A stretch of 64,000 bases of DNA from Felis catus (GCF_018350175.1 NC_058368.1:197844001-197908000), one strand, 5' to 3'. Counted from the stretch's first letter, positions 27,294 through 41,594 are shown. The notes: generated from the letters alone by a model not told the origin. Numbers and translations: made by a program.

Positions 27294-29337
27294 CTTTAAC
27301 AAAAATAAACACAAAGTGAAACAGGAGAGGTCTACAAAAACCACCACAGCAGGCAAGTCTGGGGCACCCCAGAGAAATGAACGGCCCTGTGATTATTAGG
27401 CCCACTCGGGAAGGACAGCTTGTAACTGGGCTTCGTGAGACCGACGTGAACAAGGAGCACTCAGTTATTCCATGGGACAGGAAATCACGATGGGAAAGGA
27501 GCACGTGGGGGAGCAAGTCCATCACCGGAGGACGAGAACAGGGAGAACGGCACACAGCCGGCAGAAGAAAAGCACCACGTTCATTCCTGAAGAGGTTGAC
27601 AGGAATGGCTCTATGAGGCAGCTGTGTGCCAGCTACCGGAAGCCTTACGATCATTTTATAAGCGATGATAGTACCTGCCAGCTGAAACCACGATGTACTG
27701 GGCGAGCACGCTCAAACTGTACGTGTCCTCTCCTACTCTCTGGAGGCTGTGGTATCATTTTTGGCTAACATGTGACAAGGATTACCAACAAATAAACTAA
27801 GTGCACTTTGAAATTTTAGTACCACTCAGATGTTTGGCATCAAAGAATTCGTGGCAGTTACTAATGCCTATACGTGAATGAGAACGTGTGATTTTATTTA
27901 CATTTTCCCAGAAGACGAGCGCAGTTTCAGACCGATAACCTCAATGTTTTTCCTCTTAAAATGGTCACTTTTCCAAGAGGACCCTAAATAAAAGAATTCC
28001 TGGCTTTGCCAGCTTTTTACAAGATTAAATTAAAATCCCTCAAGTCAGCATTCAAGGCCGTCCATCTAGTGCCCTCTTACAGCCTAAGCCTGTATGCCTG
28101 ATCTCAGATTGAGTCAGGATAACAGCAGTACCATCCTTCACATTACAGCTCGGCCACAACACAGGGCAGCAGAGACTGTGTCCACCCTGTTCGTCACTGT
28201 ATCCTCAGTACCTAGGGGTGCTCAATGACTATGGCTGGCAAATCAACCAACCAACCAACCATCTGGGTGAAATGAACAAACCAACAAAGAGAAAACAAGA
28301 TCCTGTTCCTGAAAGAACTAAACAATCTACTTAGGTAGACAAGACAAACTCATAAAGTCAACAAACAAGGCAAAATAGGATTATGACAGAAGACACCATT
28401 CAGCTAGGTGTCTCTGGAATATACAACAGTGAAATCTGAGATTTTATGGGGACAGTGGGATTTGCTTTGGTCTTTAATATACACTAAAACACATTCCCCC
28501 CCCACCGTGTTCGGCCCCCCATCTCCAATTCCTGCCCAGCTCTAGCCCTCAATATTCTACATTTAGTGCCCAAAGGTGGGCTGACCTTGCATACAAACCT
28601 GTCATGATAAAAGACCAATCAATTTTCTTCATTTAATTCTTATGAGCAATTATGAACAGCAGTTGGTAATCAACGTGTCCATACTCTAACCTTACTTATT
28701 TCTTAAAGCAATCTTGTAAGGGCACTATTATTAGTCTCCTGTATGCACAGTTAAGGAAAAGGTTAGTAGTCTGCTAGGATTTGAACTGAGGTGTTTCCTG
28801 AACCTACAATATACGGACAGTGAGTAAATGGAGAATTTATAGTCCCTGCTCTCAAAGAGAATGCACACATTCTAACAGAGATGTCAGAAATGCAGAATAA
28901 GGTCAGAAGAGACTTGCTAAGTGCTAAAAAAGTCCAACTGCAAGGGGAATAATGACAAAAAAAGGAACAACTGGTTTTCCTGGTGGGCAGGGAAGTTTTT
29001 CACTGATATGAAGTGATACTTCCTATACACCAGGATGCAGGTTACATTTTCCTGGAGAGTAAGTATCCCGGTGATAAAAAAGAAAAAGTGTTTGTGTTGA
29101 GATGAGGGTGTAAGAGCAAACAAGGCTAAACAGGTAGCCTGGGCCCCAAACTGTGAAAAGCTTAGAAAGGCTCGCTGAAAAGCTTACAATTATTTCTCCC
29201 AGACAGAGGTGAACCATCAGAGCAGAAGTACATTCCTATGTCCATGTGATAAGGTTTTCCAAAGCTGCTGAGCAACAGCTTTTTAGGTGTTTAATATCAT
29301 ATCCAAAAGTTACTTTATACTTAATTTCTTTCATGAC

Positions 29338-30600
29338 CTTCATTCATTTGAGTATTTATTAAGCATCTACCACAACGTGCTACTGTTCCCAGGTGTGAAG
29401 AAACAGTGATTATATTCAAGATCTCTATTCTCATGGAGGTTACTCCAATTGCGGAAAGGAAGAACTATTAATAAACAATAAAGAGATCTGATAGTAATAT
29501 TTAAGGTAACAAAAGAGAATAAATTGGTGGCTACTTAAGGTGGAAAGTTGGTCAGCAGGTACAAACTCCTGACAGCAAGTCATGAGGATGTGACCGACAT
29601 ACAGCAGGGTGGCTACAGCTAATACTGCACTGCATATGTCAAAGTCACTGACAGAGTAGATCCTAGCATTTCTCGTCACAGGAAAAAAGGCTGTAACGAT
29701 GTATGGTGGCAGATGTCTACTAGACTTATTGTGGTGATCATTTCACAACATTTTTGTAAGTATCATCATGTGGTACACCTGAAGCTAGCATGCCAATTAT
29801 AACTTAATTAATAAAAAGGTGGTAGGGAAAGATATCTCTGAGATTAACATTTAAACTAAGACCTAATACCAAGAAGGAACCAGCCATGCAAAGATGGAGG
29901 GGGGGCCATCCTGAGAGGCAGCAGTTAGTGTAACAGGAGGTGCGAGCCTGGCTCACAACAAGTGTGGTGGGTGAGGTGGGGAGCAGCACGAGGTGAGGAC
30001 AGGCCAGATCACGTAGGGTTTTATGGCCCAAATCAAGAAACTGGATTTTTTTCCTAAGGCAATAGGAAGCTACTAGAAAGTCTGAAGAAAGGGAGCCATG
30101 TCGCCTGGTATATGTTTTTTTTTTTTTTTTTTACATTTATTTATTTTTGATAGAGACAGAGCACAAGTGGGGGAGGGGCAGAGAGAGAAGGACACAGAAT
30201 CCAAAGCAGGCTCCGGGCTCCGAGCTGTCAGCACAGAGCCCGACACGGGACTCGAACTCACAAGCCGTGAGATCATGACCTGAGCCCAAGTCAAACTCGT
30301 ACGCTTAACCGAATGAGCCACCGAGGCGCCCTGTCTGGTGTATGTTCTAACAAGACTGCCCTTGCTGCTCTAAGACTTAATTTTAGCTCATCAAGAGAGA
30401 AAGCAAGGAGACCAGTTTGAGAGGTATTAAAGCCTGATGTGGCACAGTGGTGGTACAATGGGCAAGGAGAATGGAGAACAAATGGGGAGATTTTTAGAAG
30501 ACAGTAACAAGTCCTTGTCATAGAGAGCAAGGAGGTGGTGATAAAGAAAAGAGAGGACATGATTCTTGGTTTAGATGCTTTTGTGTCATGATATTTTATC
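29338..30600. mobile_element. L2 LINE remnant interrupted by an L1 3' fragment (~29555-29815) and a SINE
   Basis: ttcattcatttgagtatttattaagcatctac...ccaggtg start, and gatatctctgag...acatttaaactaagacctaa...aaggaaccagccatgcaaag and gaggacaggccagatcacgtaggg are L2-like. The inner block with tagacttattgtggtgatcatttcaca...gtacacctgaa is an L1 3' end. Confidence 0.6.
30115..30331 (-). mobile_element. CAN-SINE (SINEC)
   Basis: Antisense SINEC with T-tail. Imperfect TSD ctggtatatgtt / ctggtgtatgtt. Confidence 0.95.
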
Positions 30601-31035
30601 ATCAGGGCAGTACATTTTTTTCAGAATGATTTTAACTTACAGAAATTATGTAAACAATCTTTTAATCAAATATCAACGTTTACCAAACGTTTTGTTCAGC
30701 TGAAATGTTATCTCGGTTGTAAAAAATCCTGTTACAAAACATAGTCATAAACCTTAACGGATCTGAGCTGTTTTTACAGATATATAACTGGTCTCTTTTA
30801 TATAAAACCTGATTAGAAATTTATAACCTTTATTAAATGTTGTAAAAATAAAGGAGAACTCACTGCCTTTTAACAAAATGATTTTATGTGTAACCATTTC
30901 TAGTATCAGAAATATTTAGTGGTTAACAGTTATCTGCCCAAAATATAAAATAAAATGCATTTACTGTGATTTTTTTTTTTTTTTTAACATTGTAGCTCAT
31001 TCTCGGGCTTCAAATATAAGGATTTTCCGAAAATT

Positions 31036-31219
31036 AATGGTTCTCAAATGGCGGCTCCAGACCAGCAGCATTAGCATCACTCGGGAACTTGTTAGAAATG
31101 AAAGTTATCTGGCCCCACCCAGCCCTACTAGCTTGGACCCTCTGAAGGCTAAGCCCAGCAACCTGTGTTCTGACAAGTCTTCCAGGTAATCCTGATGCAC
31201 TAAGGTTTGAGAACCACTG
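31036..31219. mobile_element. MER5A hAT-Charlie DNA transposon
   Basis: Inverted termini tggttctcaaa...tttgagaaccactg with internal accagcagcattagcatcac, gaacttgttagaaatg and ccaggtaatcctgatgcac. Confidence 0.85.
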
Positions 31220-32502
31220 CCAAAAACAAAGGCTGCAGAACAGTTTCACTTAGATTAATTTAGGTTAATGGAGGGCAGAGGGCAGTGGTGAAGGAAGGGA
31301 GCAGGGTACACAATTTTTAAAAGTTGGTAAGTACCTGGGATTTATGTGTTAAATCAAGATAGAAATTTGGTAAAATGATATATAGGCAAAACTATGCTTT
31401 GTAGTTATAATTACTTCAAAGGTAATTATATTAAAGCAATTTGGCAACATGTGTTAGCAATTACAGAAGCATGATTTTGACACATGGTAATTTTATGTTA
31501 GGCAAATTACTAAAATATGGACACCTACTCCTGTTTTAGAGTGTTGTAAAATGCAGGTAATGAACTTACATTTTCAATTAACATAACTAGCCCATAATAA
31601 AGCATTCTAAATCTTAAGAATTTTGGAAGTGCAAATATAAGAATAATATTCTTATCAAATTAGAATGTTCTGTTAAGTCAATACAGTACTCTACAAGCAA
31701 TAAAATCATTTTCTGAAGCCCTACATCACCTTAATGATAATGTTTACTGAAAAACAGGATTATAGGAATTTATAAACAAAGACACTTAACTTATGCAAAT
31801 TAAATGGCTTTTAAAATTCTACAATGCCCTTCTTTTAAACTCTGCTAATCCATGCAAGCTGATGAAGTTTAAATACCACAAGACAATAAAGAGTGGGGGC
31901 CTCTGCTTCATTCTGGGGTTGTTCCAAAAACCAAGTAGTGGCCCATGCATGAAGACTTTCCAAATTGTAAATTGAGTTAAATCAACATGTCAATACCACT
32001 TTCAAAACTCAAGTAATTTTTAAGCTACTGTTAAGTTCGCATGTAGAGTAGAAGCATCAATGTCAGTCATTTCAACAAATGCTAAGTCCCACTCCCTGTA
32101 CTGCTATTTATTTTTTTCTTCACTTCTTTTTTATTTGGAATCTTTCCACTTCTGGTTTTGATCAAAAGTCACATCCCAGCTCCTTATTTCTTACTTAAAA
32201 GAATCAAACTGGTAAATAATATAGTAACAAATACAAATAAATATTTTGCCATCTCAGAGATGTGTGGAACCAATGTATATGACCATCGGCATTTCTCTAC
32301 TAGTGCTGCCATCATCTTTGGTGTTTCTGGCCTTCCTCTGGTTGAAACTGTTTGATTCTTCAATCTAGGCATTTCTGTATTCATTCCTTTTGCTTCTTAG
32401 CCTTTCATGGCATTTGAAGATAGAGTACCTGACAACACTATACCTCAAAATGTGGTCTGTATGCAAGTGTCTCATCTCCCGAGATCTTAGTTTCACATGT
32501 TA

Positions 32503-32688
<186 letters not shown>

Positions 32689-34267
32689 CTAGGATTTGGG
32701 GAGGTCTGCACTGCGGTTGCTGTAACAGTTTCTCATGGATGGTCTGTGTCCTCTGAAGTCCAGGTCCTCATGGTGCTATGTGATGGTACTTAGGGACAAG
32801 AAGGCAAAGAGACAATACCTGACCTCACTCTCCCTCCTTCAGTCCTAGCACCTGCTGACTCTGCACTTTTGTTTTTGTATTTTGCAGGGAGGATGTCAGG
32901 GGAGAGATTTAACCCTAAGTTTAAAATTCCTAAAAGTACTCATGTAGAAATAAAAAGGATAAAGTTGTACATAACTGTAAATTACCTCAAGAAGTAAGAA
33001 GATTGAAGCTAGAAATAAAGGCTAGGAATTCGTTAGCATATAGTTGGTACCGAAGCTGGGGGTGAGTGAGCTCATCTAGAGAAAATGTGTAGAGAGAGAC
33101 AGACAGATGGAGAGTCAAAGTAGAGTAGAGAAGGTGCCGCAGGCAAAGGAAACTGAGCAGACACGTCCAGTGAGACACTAGGAAAACCGGGAAGATGGTT
33201 TCAGAGATGCCAAGAGTTATCTCAGGAAAGTAGCAGTGGACAAGAATGACAAATGCTGCTGAGATGTTAAACAAGATGCAAGTGGAGAAATGACCATCAT
33301 CTTTCTTAACAGAGCCACTGGTGACTTTACCGAGAGCCAAAATGGAGAGTTCTGCAGAAAACATGTGCGGTGAGAAAGTGAAGACAATGCCTACAGATGA
33401 CTCTTCAGTCGGGACCTATATTCTTGGAGCAATCCCAAAGGGAAGCGTGCTCAACACACAGTGTGCTTTCATGATGAAAGCACTTACAGAACCTCAGGGC
33501 ACCCTATTTCTCATTAATTACTGTGTCCAAGAAAATGAGCAAAAGGACAACGCTAACAAGATGGCGTGGAGAGATTCTTTTTCCAGTTCTTGAGGGTCAA
33601 CCGGGAAACTGGAAAACGTGGTAAGAACACAACTTCCCTCCATCCTCACTCACCAACAGAGGGGCAGATGAAGCCTAAGAACACAGGGGCTGGACACAGC
33701 AGGTGTTTAGTCAATACTGAAGAGCTGCGTGGATAATTACGTAAGTGAACCCAACAGGTTTTTATTAGCTCAGGTACCTAATATGTTGGGTGGCTGTTGA
33801 GACTTAATGATGAAAGGCAAGTGAGAGGTGCCCAACACAATATCTAGCACGTGACTGGTATTCATTTTTGTCAGATCTAGGAACATCCAAAAATAGTCTC
33901 CACAATGAAATTCAATTTACCTATTTACCGGTCAGGGAGATAGAATGGGATGCTCTTTTGCCCAAATCCTGAAAGTTAAATTTCCGTTAAGCCAGGCCTC
34001 TAAGGCTCACTGTACCCAAATTCCACAGCATTGATGCGTCCTTCCCATTCTGTATGCACCCTTACAGATTTTACGGACGAGAGGCATCATGGCTTTGAAA
34101 CGAATAAGCAGACAGGCACACTTCATCCACCACCCACCCCATCTGCCTCGTCAACCAGGTCCCCACAATGTGTAGAGTGACAAACTGAAACGGGGGAAGA
34201 AGGGAACAGAACAGGGTCAGTCAGAGAAATATAATCCAAAGTAAAAATCATTTCTGTTTGGAGCTCA

Positions 34268-34495
<228 letters not shown>

Positions 34496-34807
34496 CTAAG
34501 GCAAGACGAAACCACATGCGTGTTCATTGAAGTTAGTACAGAACACTTCATTTTTAACATTCCTTCATCTTTATGTAAGAATATTTACATAGCACGACTT
34601 TCACATATGCATAAAGGACCTTATTAAAGGCAAGCAAGACGAAGTGTTATCAGTCTGGATTTATAGGTGATGAAATGCACAGTGGAAAGAGGTCTGTGCT
34701 ATAGCTGTGACCTGAAACCCCACGTTCTAACCTCAAATCCTGAGCCTCCCCCCACTATATTGTACTGCTTCCAACAGTGGGAATGTGACCATTAAGAACT
34801 GAGGAGA

Positions 34808-35013
34808 GGGGCTCCTGGGTGGCTCAGTTGGTTAAGCATCAGACTTCAGCTTAGGTCATGATCTCACGGTTTGTGGGTTCGAGCCCCGTGTCGGGCTCTG
34901 TGCTGACAGCTCAGAGCCCGGAGCCTGCTTTGGATTCTGGGTCTCCCTCTCTCTCTGCTCCTCCCCAGTTTGCACTCTGTCTCTCTCAAATAAATAAACA
35001 TTAAAAAAAAAAA
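34808..35013 (+). mobile_element. CAN-SINE (SINEC)
   Basis: ggggctcctgggtggctcag head and A-tail. Flanked by attaagaactgag(g/a)agag duplications. Confidence 0.95.
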
Positions 35014-35240
35014 TTAAGAACTGAGAAGAGAAAAAAAAAACTGAGGAGAGAGAAGATAATTAGTTGAAACATCAAGTTTTTATTACAGGGCGAATGAAGT
35101 GTTATTTGTGAAGTAGTTTAAAAATAACATTCTGAACAACTAGACAATCTCAGATTTTTCAGGATATGCACAGGAAAGAGAACAGCAAAGTAAAACATTT
35201 CCAAAACAAATCCCTAATCCTTATTTATATCTGAGGTTCC

Positions 35241-35467
35241 TTTTTTTTTTGTTGTTTATTTATTTTGAGAGAGAGCATGAGTACAAGCAGGGGAGAGAGG
35301 CAAAGAGAGAAAAAGAGAGAGAATCTTAAGCAGGTTCCATACTATCAGCACAGAGCCTGACACAACTGGGGGTCAGGGAGAGGCTCGATCTCACAAACCA
35401 CGAGATCTTGACCTGGGCCAAAATCAAGAGTCAGGCACCTAACCTACTTGAGCCACCCAGGCACCCC
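35241..35467 (-). mobile_element. CAN-SINE (SINEC) with small internal insertion
   Basis: Antisense SINEC. TSD tatatctgaggttcct 35226-35241 / tatatttgaggttcct 35469-35484. Confidence 0.93.
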
Positions 35468-35761
35468 ATATATTTGAGGTTCCTAACTAGAGATTTATTC
35501 TCCCAACTAACTAATAAATTTGGCTTGGCTCAAATTTCCACCATTGCTTTTACCTTACCTTGTTTGTAGAACTGACAGAGACAGCTTTCCACTTACATTT
35601 TCCTTCCCCTTCTCTGGAGACCCCTTACCAGAACAAGGGACCATGGAACACTATAACCTTTATGCCTTCACTGAAGCTAGCAGTAAAAAGTCTAATTATA
35701 ATGTAAAGGCATATTATTAGAAAGAAAATCACTTAGGTTTTGTGTTTTTCCTTGAGTATTA

Positions 35762-36010
<249 letters not shown>

Positions 36011-36189
36011 CTATAGGTCACAAATACTTTCCAATCCTTTTTCTTTAAAGAACTTTGCTCTTCTCTCATGGTCTCAAAAACTTGTTGACTAACCTATGAT
36101 GTTTCCTTACCTAATTTCACTGTGAGAACTACATGGCTTGGGAACCATTAACTGGAAACCAAGTCAGCCTTGATTTAAAATGTGATCCA

Positions 36190-36690
36190 TTCAACAACCT
36201 ACAGGCCTCTTCAACAATAGGACACTAGTTAAAGAGATGTTGGTGCATTCATTTAATACAACATTATGCAGCTCTTTTAAAAGAATGAAGGAGAATTGAG
36301 TATTGCTATGGAAAGCTCTCCCAGATATTCCGAGTGTGAAAAACAAGCTACAGGAGAGGATACACATAGTAAGGCCCTTTTGTATATATAAATCATTTTG
36401 AAATGCAACACATGTATAGGCTGCAATATGCACAAAATAATCTGTCCAGAAGAATATATAAGAAACCGTTGATGGTGGTTACCTTTGAGAAGAGGAGACT
36501 TTTCATTTTGTACCTTTCTGTACTGTTTGGTATTGTTTATCAAGTGCATGTATTACTTTTAGTTTTTAAGTGTTAACAGGAGTTCTGAGTGATGGGATTA
36601 TAGGCCATTTTTTGTTTTCTTCTTTATACTCTTCTGTATTTAAGAAAACAAACAAACCAAAAATCCAATAAATGTTATTTTTTAAAAGTG
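36190..36690 (+). mobile_element. Old L1 (L1ME-like) 3' fragment
   Basis: tggtgcattcatttaatacaacattatgcagct...ctatggaaagctctcccagatatt...tgatggtggttacctttgag...gggattataggccatttt is typical L1ME 3' sequence. Confidence 0.55.
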
Positions 36691-37540
36691 ATCTATGCCT
36701 GCTACAACCTAGTTTGTATTTCCCAATAACTTTTTGGTGCAGCTGGGCCAGGGACAGGATTTCACTTCCAGCAGGGGAGACATGGCCATTCTAATGAGTC
36801 ATCTCAGCAGATGCCCCAGAGCCCGAAGAAGATAGGCTGGAGACGGCCCTGCAAGGGGCCGCAGTACCCCTGTGAGGCAGCGCAGACAGTAGAGGAGCTG
36901 TTCTGCGGGTGGCAGTGAGGGGGCCTGGTTTGGTGAAAGATGATGTCACAACGAAAGTTCTCTAGCTCTGAATTCACTTAAAGGTTTGTGAATTTAGGTA
37001 TTCAAGAAGGGCCTTAAAGAAACTCAGGGAGGAAAATGAACCCCCCCAAATAAGGAAACATATCAATCACAAAAGTCACACTTGTACACATAAGGAATCA
37101 GGTGGGGAGAGGAAAGCTGAAATAGCCAAGGATTTTAAGGCAACTGAACAGTTCAATACAAGTTAATGTTAAACATGTCACCTAATTAAAGTTGTTTTTT
37201 TTTTTTTTTTTTTAAATACATACCCACTTTGTCCTTTCAGATGATGTGCCATTTGAAGGTAATTCAGAGAAAACAAATATCCCAGGCAACAATTGCTAAC
37301 ATTAATTTTATGTCCCTGACTGAATGAAATATATATAAAAATCAGGGAAGTTGAATCCATAACCTAGACAGTGCCAATTTCTAGGCAGAGAATTTCAGAG
37401 TTCGAAGAAGCACTGGCAGAATTTCAAGTTCGTTATCAAAGGTTCCCAGAACTTGTACGAACGATCCATACAAAATATCTACATTTTTACAATAGGAATG
37501 CAATTCATAACCACACAGAGAAAAAAAGAAAAACATATTA

Positions 37541-37768
<228 letters not shown>

Positions 37769-39739
37769 TTAAAAAAAAAAAGAGACAGAGAGAGAAATTC
37801 TTAAATGTCATGGAACGTTGCCAATTCTTTATTTTAACATCCAATATATCACTCCCTATGACCGTTCTGGGTCATCTATCCATCATGTATTCAGGTTTGA
37901 GTACAATTTTAGGTTAGGTAGTCTGTGCAAATACCATTTATATTGCAAAATAAAAATTTATATTAAAAGCCAAGGGATAGCTAGTAGAAACATATTATTT
38001 TCAATTGTTTAGGAAAGGAAAAAAAGCAAAAATTCTTAAGAGTAAAACAACATATTGTATTAGTTCACACTTACAGGGAAGTTTTAGTTTTATCTTTTGA
38101 AAAGAAAAATAAGATCTTTAATACGTAATTCTCTTTCACAGTAACAGGATCGTGTTTTTGGAGTCAGGTATGGCCACGTAGAAAAAAGTAAACTGGGAAA
38201 TCAGACTCATTCTTAGCCCCTGTGGTATTGCTTAGTAAAGAGGTGCCCATCCCCAGAAAGTGGACTTCTAACTCAAATACACCCACTCCCTCTCCCACTG
38301 GGCTTTAGTGCCTCCTGTCATAGGCACAGACTGAGGGTCGGGGAGGTAGGGATTAGTAAAAGAGGATCCTCCTACTAGACTCCGGCAATGGAAATCATAC
38401 CTCATTATTCGCCTTTTGTCCTCATTTCCCCCAGCTGCCTGCCCCTACTCTCTAAGATGGTCCACTTGACTACAAGCAATTTGAAGAAAAAAGGGAGCGT
38501 GACTAGTTTACAGTTATAATTTCTGTGTCCAGCGTAGTGCTGGGATGCAGGCACTCTCATCAATGTCTCTCACAGTCCTTACTGCCATCTGACACAAAAC
38601 ACAAACAAAACTGTTGCTCTGATGAAGCTGCCCCGCATATGGCAGGGACTGACACCTTTAGCCCAGAACACATTTACAACTATTTACTCCAAGCTCTACC
38701 AATTTTACTCTGCACACAGGTCATGGTCTCTCTCCTATAGTCCCTGTTTTTGGTATTTTCTGGCATTTCTTGCAGAGTTTACCTTAACCCATCCTTTACA
38801 GTTTGGGTGAGCAATTTTCTTCAGCCTGCTTATAAAAACAGCAGGCTGTTTTCTTGCCCTTTGGACTTGAAACTTGTCTTCTCTCTAATGGCTGGGTAAA
38901 TCTTGAACTGGCTCTGTTCCCTGTCTGCATAAATGCTGCAACCTAACATGATAAACCCACCTGATGTTCACTCCTTTGAGGCCACCTCCTTCTTCTGGCT
39001 CTCAGGGTCTCCGGATTATCATACTCCCTCAAGCACCCTGATGATATCACCTAGAACTCATTTTTGTTTCCTTTTTCTTTAGCCCACAGGTCAGCTAAAA
39101 GTAAAAGCTACCATTCACTAAATGCTTTCTAAATGTCAGAGACTGTAACGATAAAACTGGTTTTATTACTGACTCCTCCAAACCATCTGAGGGAAAAGTG
39201 GGAAGTGGTCTCACCTCCGCTGTAACAAATGGGAAAACATGGACTTAAGAAGTAACCTGCCCAAGGTCCCATCAGTTATGAGGCAGGTCTCTCCCCCGCT
39301 CTCCAAAGCCCCAGCACCAAAGACTACTCTATACTGCTCTGGTTTTTAAAGAGTTTTAGGTGACTTTTCTTATATTCTTAACACATAGCATCTGCTTTTC
39401 AGCATATCCATTTCCCCAACCTGGCACTGTCATTTCTGCCATAAATGTATGGGGCACAAAGGTGCTGTTTCCATTTAAGTTTTGCCAACTCTTTGCAACA
39501 AAACAATGATACAAGTTTTACTAGAGGTGACGCCACCTCCACCTTCTGGAAAGATGCTTCAAAATCTAAATCACTGGAAGAGTGAGTTTAAGGGATGAAG
39601 TATACATTCCTTCCTAGACAGTCTGTTAGAGGCACCTGTCATCACCGTGAGACAGAATCCTAGGCTGTCTCTGGAGGAACAGAGGCAAGTATGTATATGG
39701 AGAAATGGGTGAACTGCAGCAAATATGAAGACAAGAATT

Positions 39740-41060
39740 GCTTACGAAAGGTCAAGACGAGACTTCTATCAAAGAGACTATGAAACAAGTTATACTGCAA
39801 AGCACAGTAGTAGTCAAAAGGTAAAGTGTTTTTCTACTGAATGTGTGTTAAGGGGAAAGAGATACTTACAGGGAAAGAGCTGGTTATAAAGACAACTCTT
39901 GGGGGCACCTGGGTGGCTCAGTTGGTTAAACTCTCACAGTTTGTGAGTTCGAGCCCTGCATCAGTCTCTGCGCTGACCGCATGGAGTAGGCTTGGGATTC
40001 TCTCTCCCTTTCCCTCTGCCCCTCCCCTGCTTGCTCTCTTTCCCTCAAAATAAATAAAAATAAACTTAAAAAAAAATAATAAAGACAGCTCTTCAAGACT
40101 ATCTTTCAGTGGACCTAAATTTGGCCATCTTGAAGATAGAAAATTTGTCAAGTTTTGAGCTTTGGAAAAGAGGAATAAATACGATTATAGAAAGAACACC
40201 AATTACCAAGTTAAAAATTGTGTTGGGTCACACATAAGATATTGTAGAAACAACACACAGAATGGAACCAACCTCAATCAAAACTAGAAAAGTCTGAGAT
40301 CAAATACATTCACTTCATATGAATTTAGCATTTTAAACCTGTGTTGGTGAAAAGCCAATCTCTTTCAAAGTTATACTCTTTAAAAAGGATTCCCACGTTA
40401 AATTGGCAAGAAGGTAAGGATTTGCTTTCTCAATCCTTCATATGGAATAATGAGCACCGCCACAAGGAAAAAGTGAACAAAACATTACTGTGACATCTGT
40501 TTGACCTAGATTGTCCTGACTAGAGGAACTGAGCCTTCTTATGTTCTTCTACAACGCAAATTAGAGCCTGAGAAAAAATGCCATCTAGTATGATAGTGAG
40601 TAAAAAGACTTGTTATAAATTACATGGGGAAGAAACTAATTCTTGCAAAAATCAAAACATGCTGGTGGTAGAAATGATCTTGCATGTCTGATTAATGTCA
40701 TGGGGAGAAAAGCTTGAATAATGAATTGACATGCATTCAAACCCAACTGAATGAGTTCCCAGTTGTAAATACATTCCAGAAAATGCTGTGAACAAGCCTT
40801 CCAACAGCGAGCATCATCAAATGAATACTGACCATTACGTGCTCACACTATCTGGGAAATCCAGAACCCCCAGCGGGCTTATTATGGAAATGAAGAGCAT
40901 GGACAGGGAATGGAACCTCATCTGAGAGGACCATCAAAAGCTTCAAGAAGTGTGGCAGATCAAATTCAACAAATGGAACCAAGGATGATGTTCTGTGAAA
41001 AAAATGAAGCAGAATGGGAAAGAAACTTGGGCAGTAAAATGGAGACAATATCAAATGTAG
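39740..41060 (+). mobile_element. Fossil pogo/Tc2-type (Kanga-like) DNA transposon with degenerate POGK-like transposase, interrupted by a SINE
   Basis: Collinear translated motifs RLSFSGPKFGHLE (40096-40134), VLTRGTEPSYVLLQRK (40513-40560), MSSQL* (40751-40768), AVNKPSN (40785-40805), YVLTLSGKSRTP (40836-40871) and IKSFKKCGRSNSTNGTKDDVL* (40933-40998). These resemble pogo/POGK transposase motifs as recalled, with many stops and frameshifts. Confidence 0.72.
39901..40079 (+). mobile_element. CAN-SINE (SINEC) with internal deletion
   Basis: gggggcacctgggtggctcagttggttaaa joins directly to ctctcacagtttgtgag. TSD taaagacaactctt 39887-39900 / taaagacagctctt 40080-40093. Confidence 0.93.
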
Positions 41061-41307
41061 GTAAGGACTTTTTTTTTTTTTTGTATACTGTTAATCATAT
41101 ATTTTCCATAATATGCTAAATCAGAAGCAATATGGGAAAAAAAAATCACTGACACTTCAAGTTGAAATTACAAGTTTCTTTTTCAAGAAGAGAGAGCACC
41201 TAAGATTTTAAGCTAATATTCAAGAAAATACAGCATATCTCAATTCAGGTTTCAGTTTGTCAAGTAAGTTCTCTACAGCAATTCCAGAGAATAAAAACAG
41301 TTGATTA

Positions 41308-41493
<186 letters not shown>

Positions 41494-41594
41494 TCAAAGG
41501 GTCTTCCTAACATAAGCCTCTGAAAGAAGTTCATCTTATTGAAGTGCCAAAGGCAAACAACTTCCCCCTCTTCTACTAAAAAACATTAGGGATG

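Noticed and set aside
27127..27654. 175-aa minus-strand ORF
   Set aside because: Only 27174-27293 is FBXO38 exon 13. The remainder is intronic, L2-like sequence that happens to be open.
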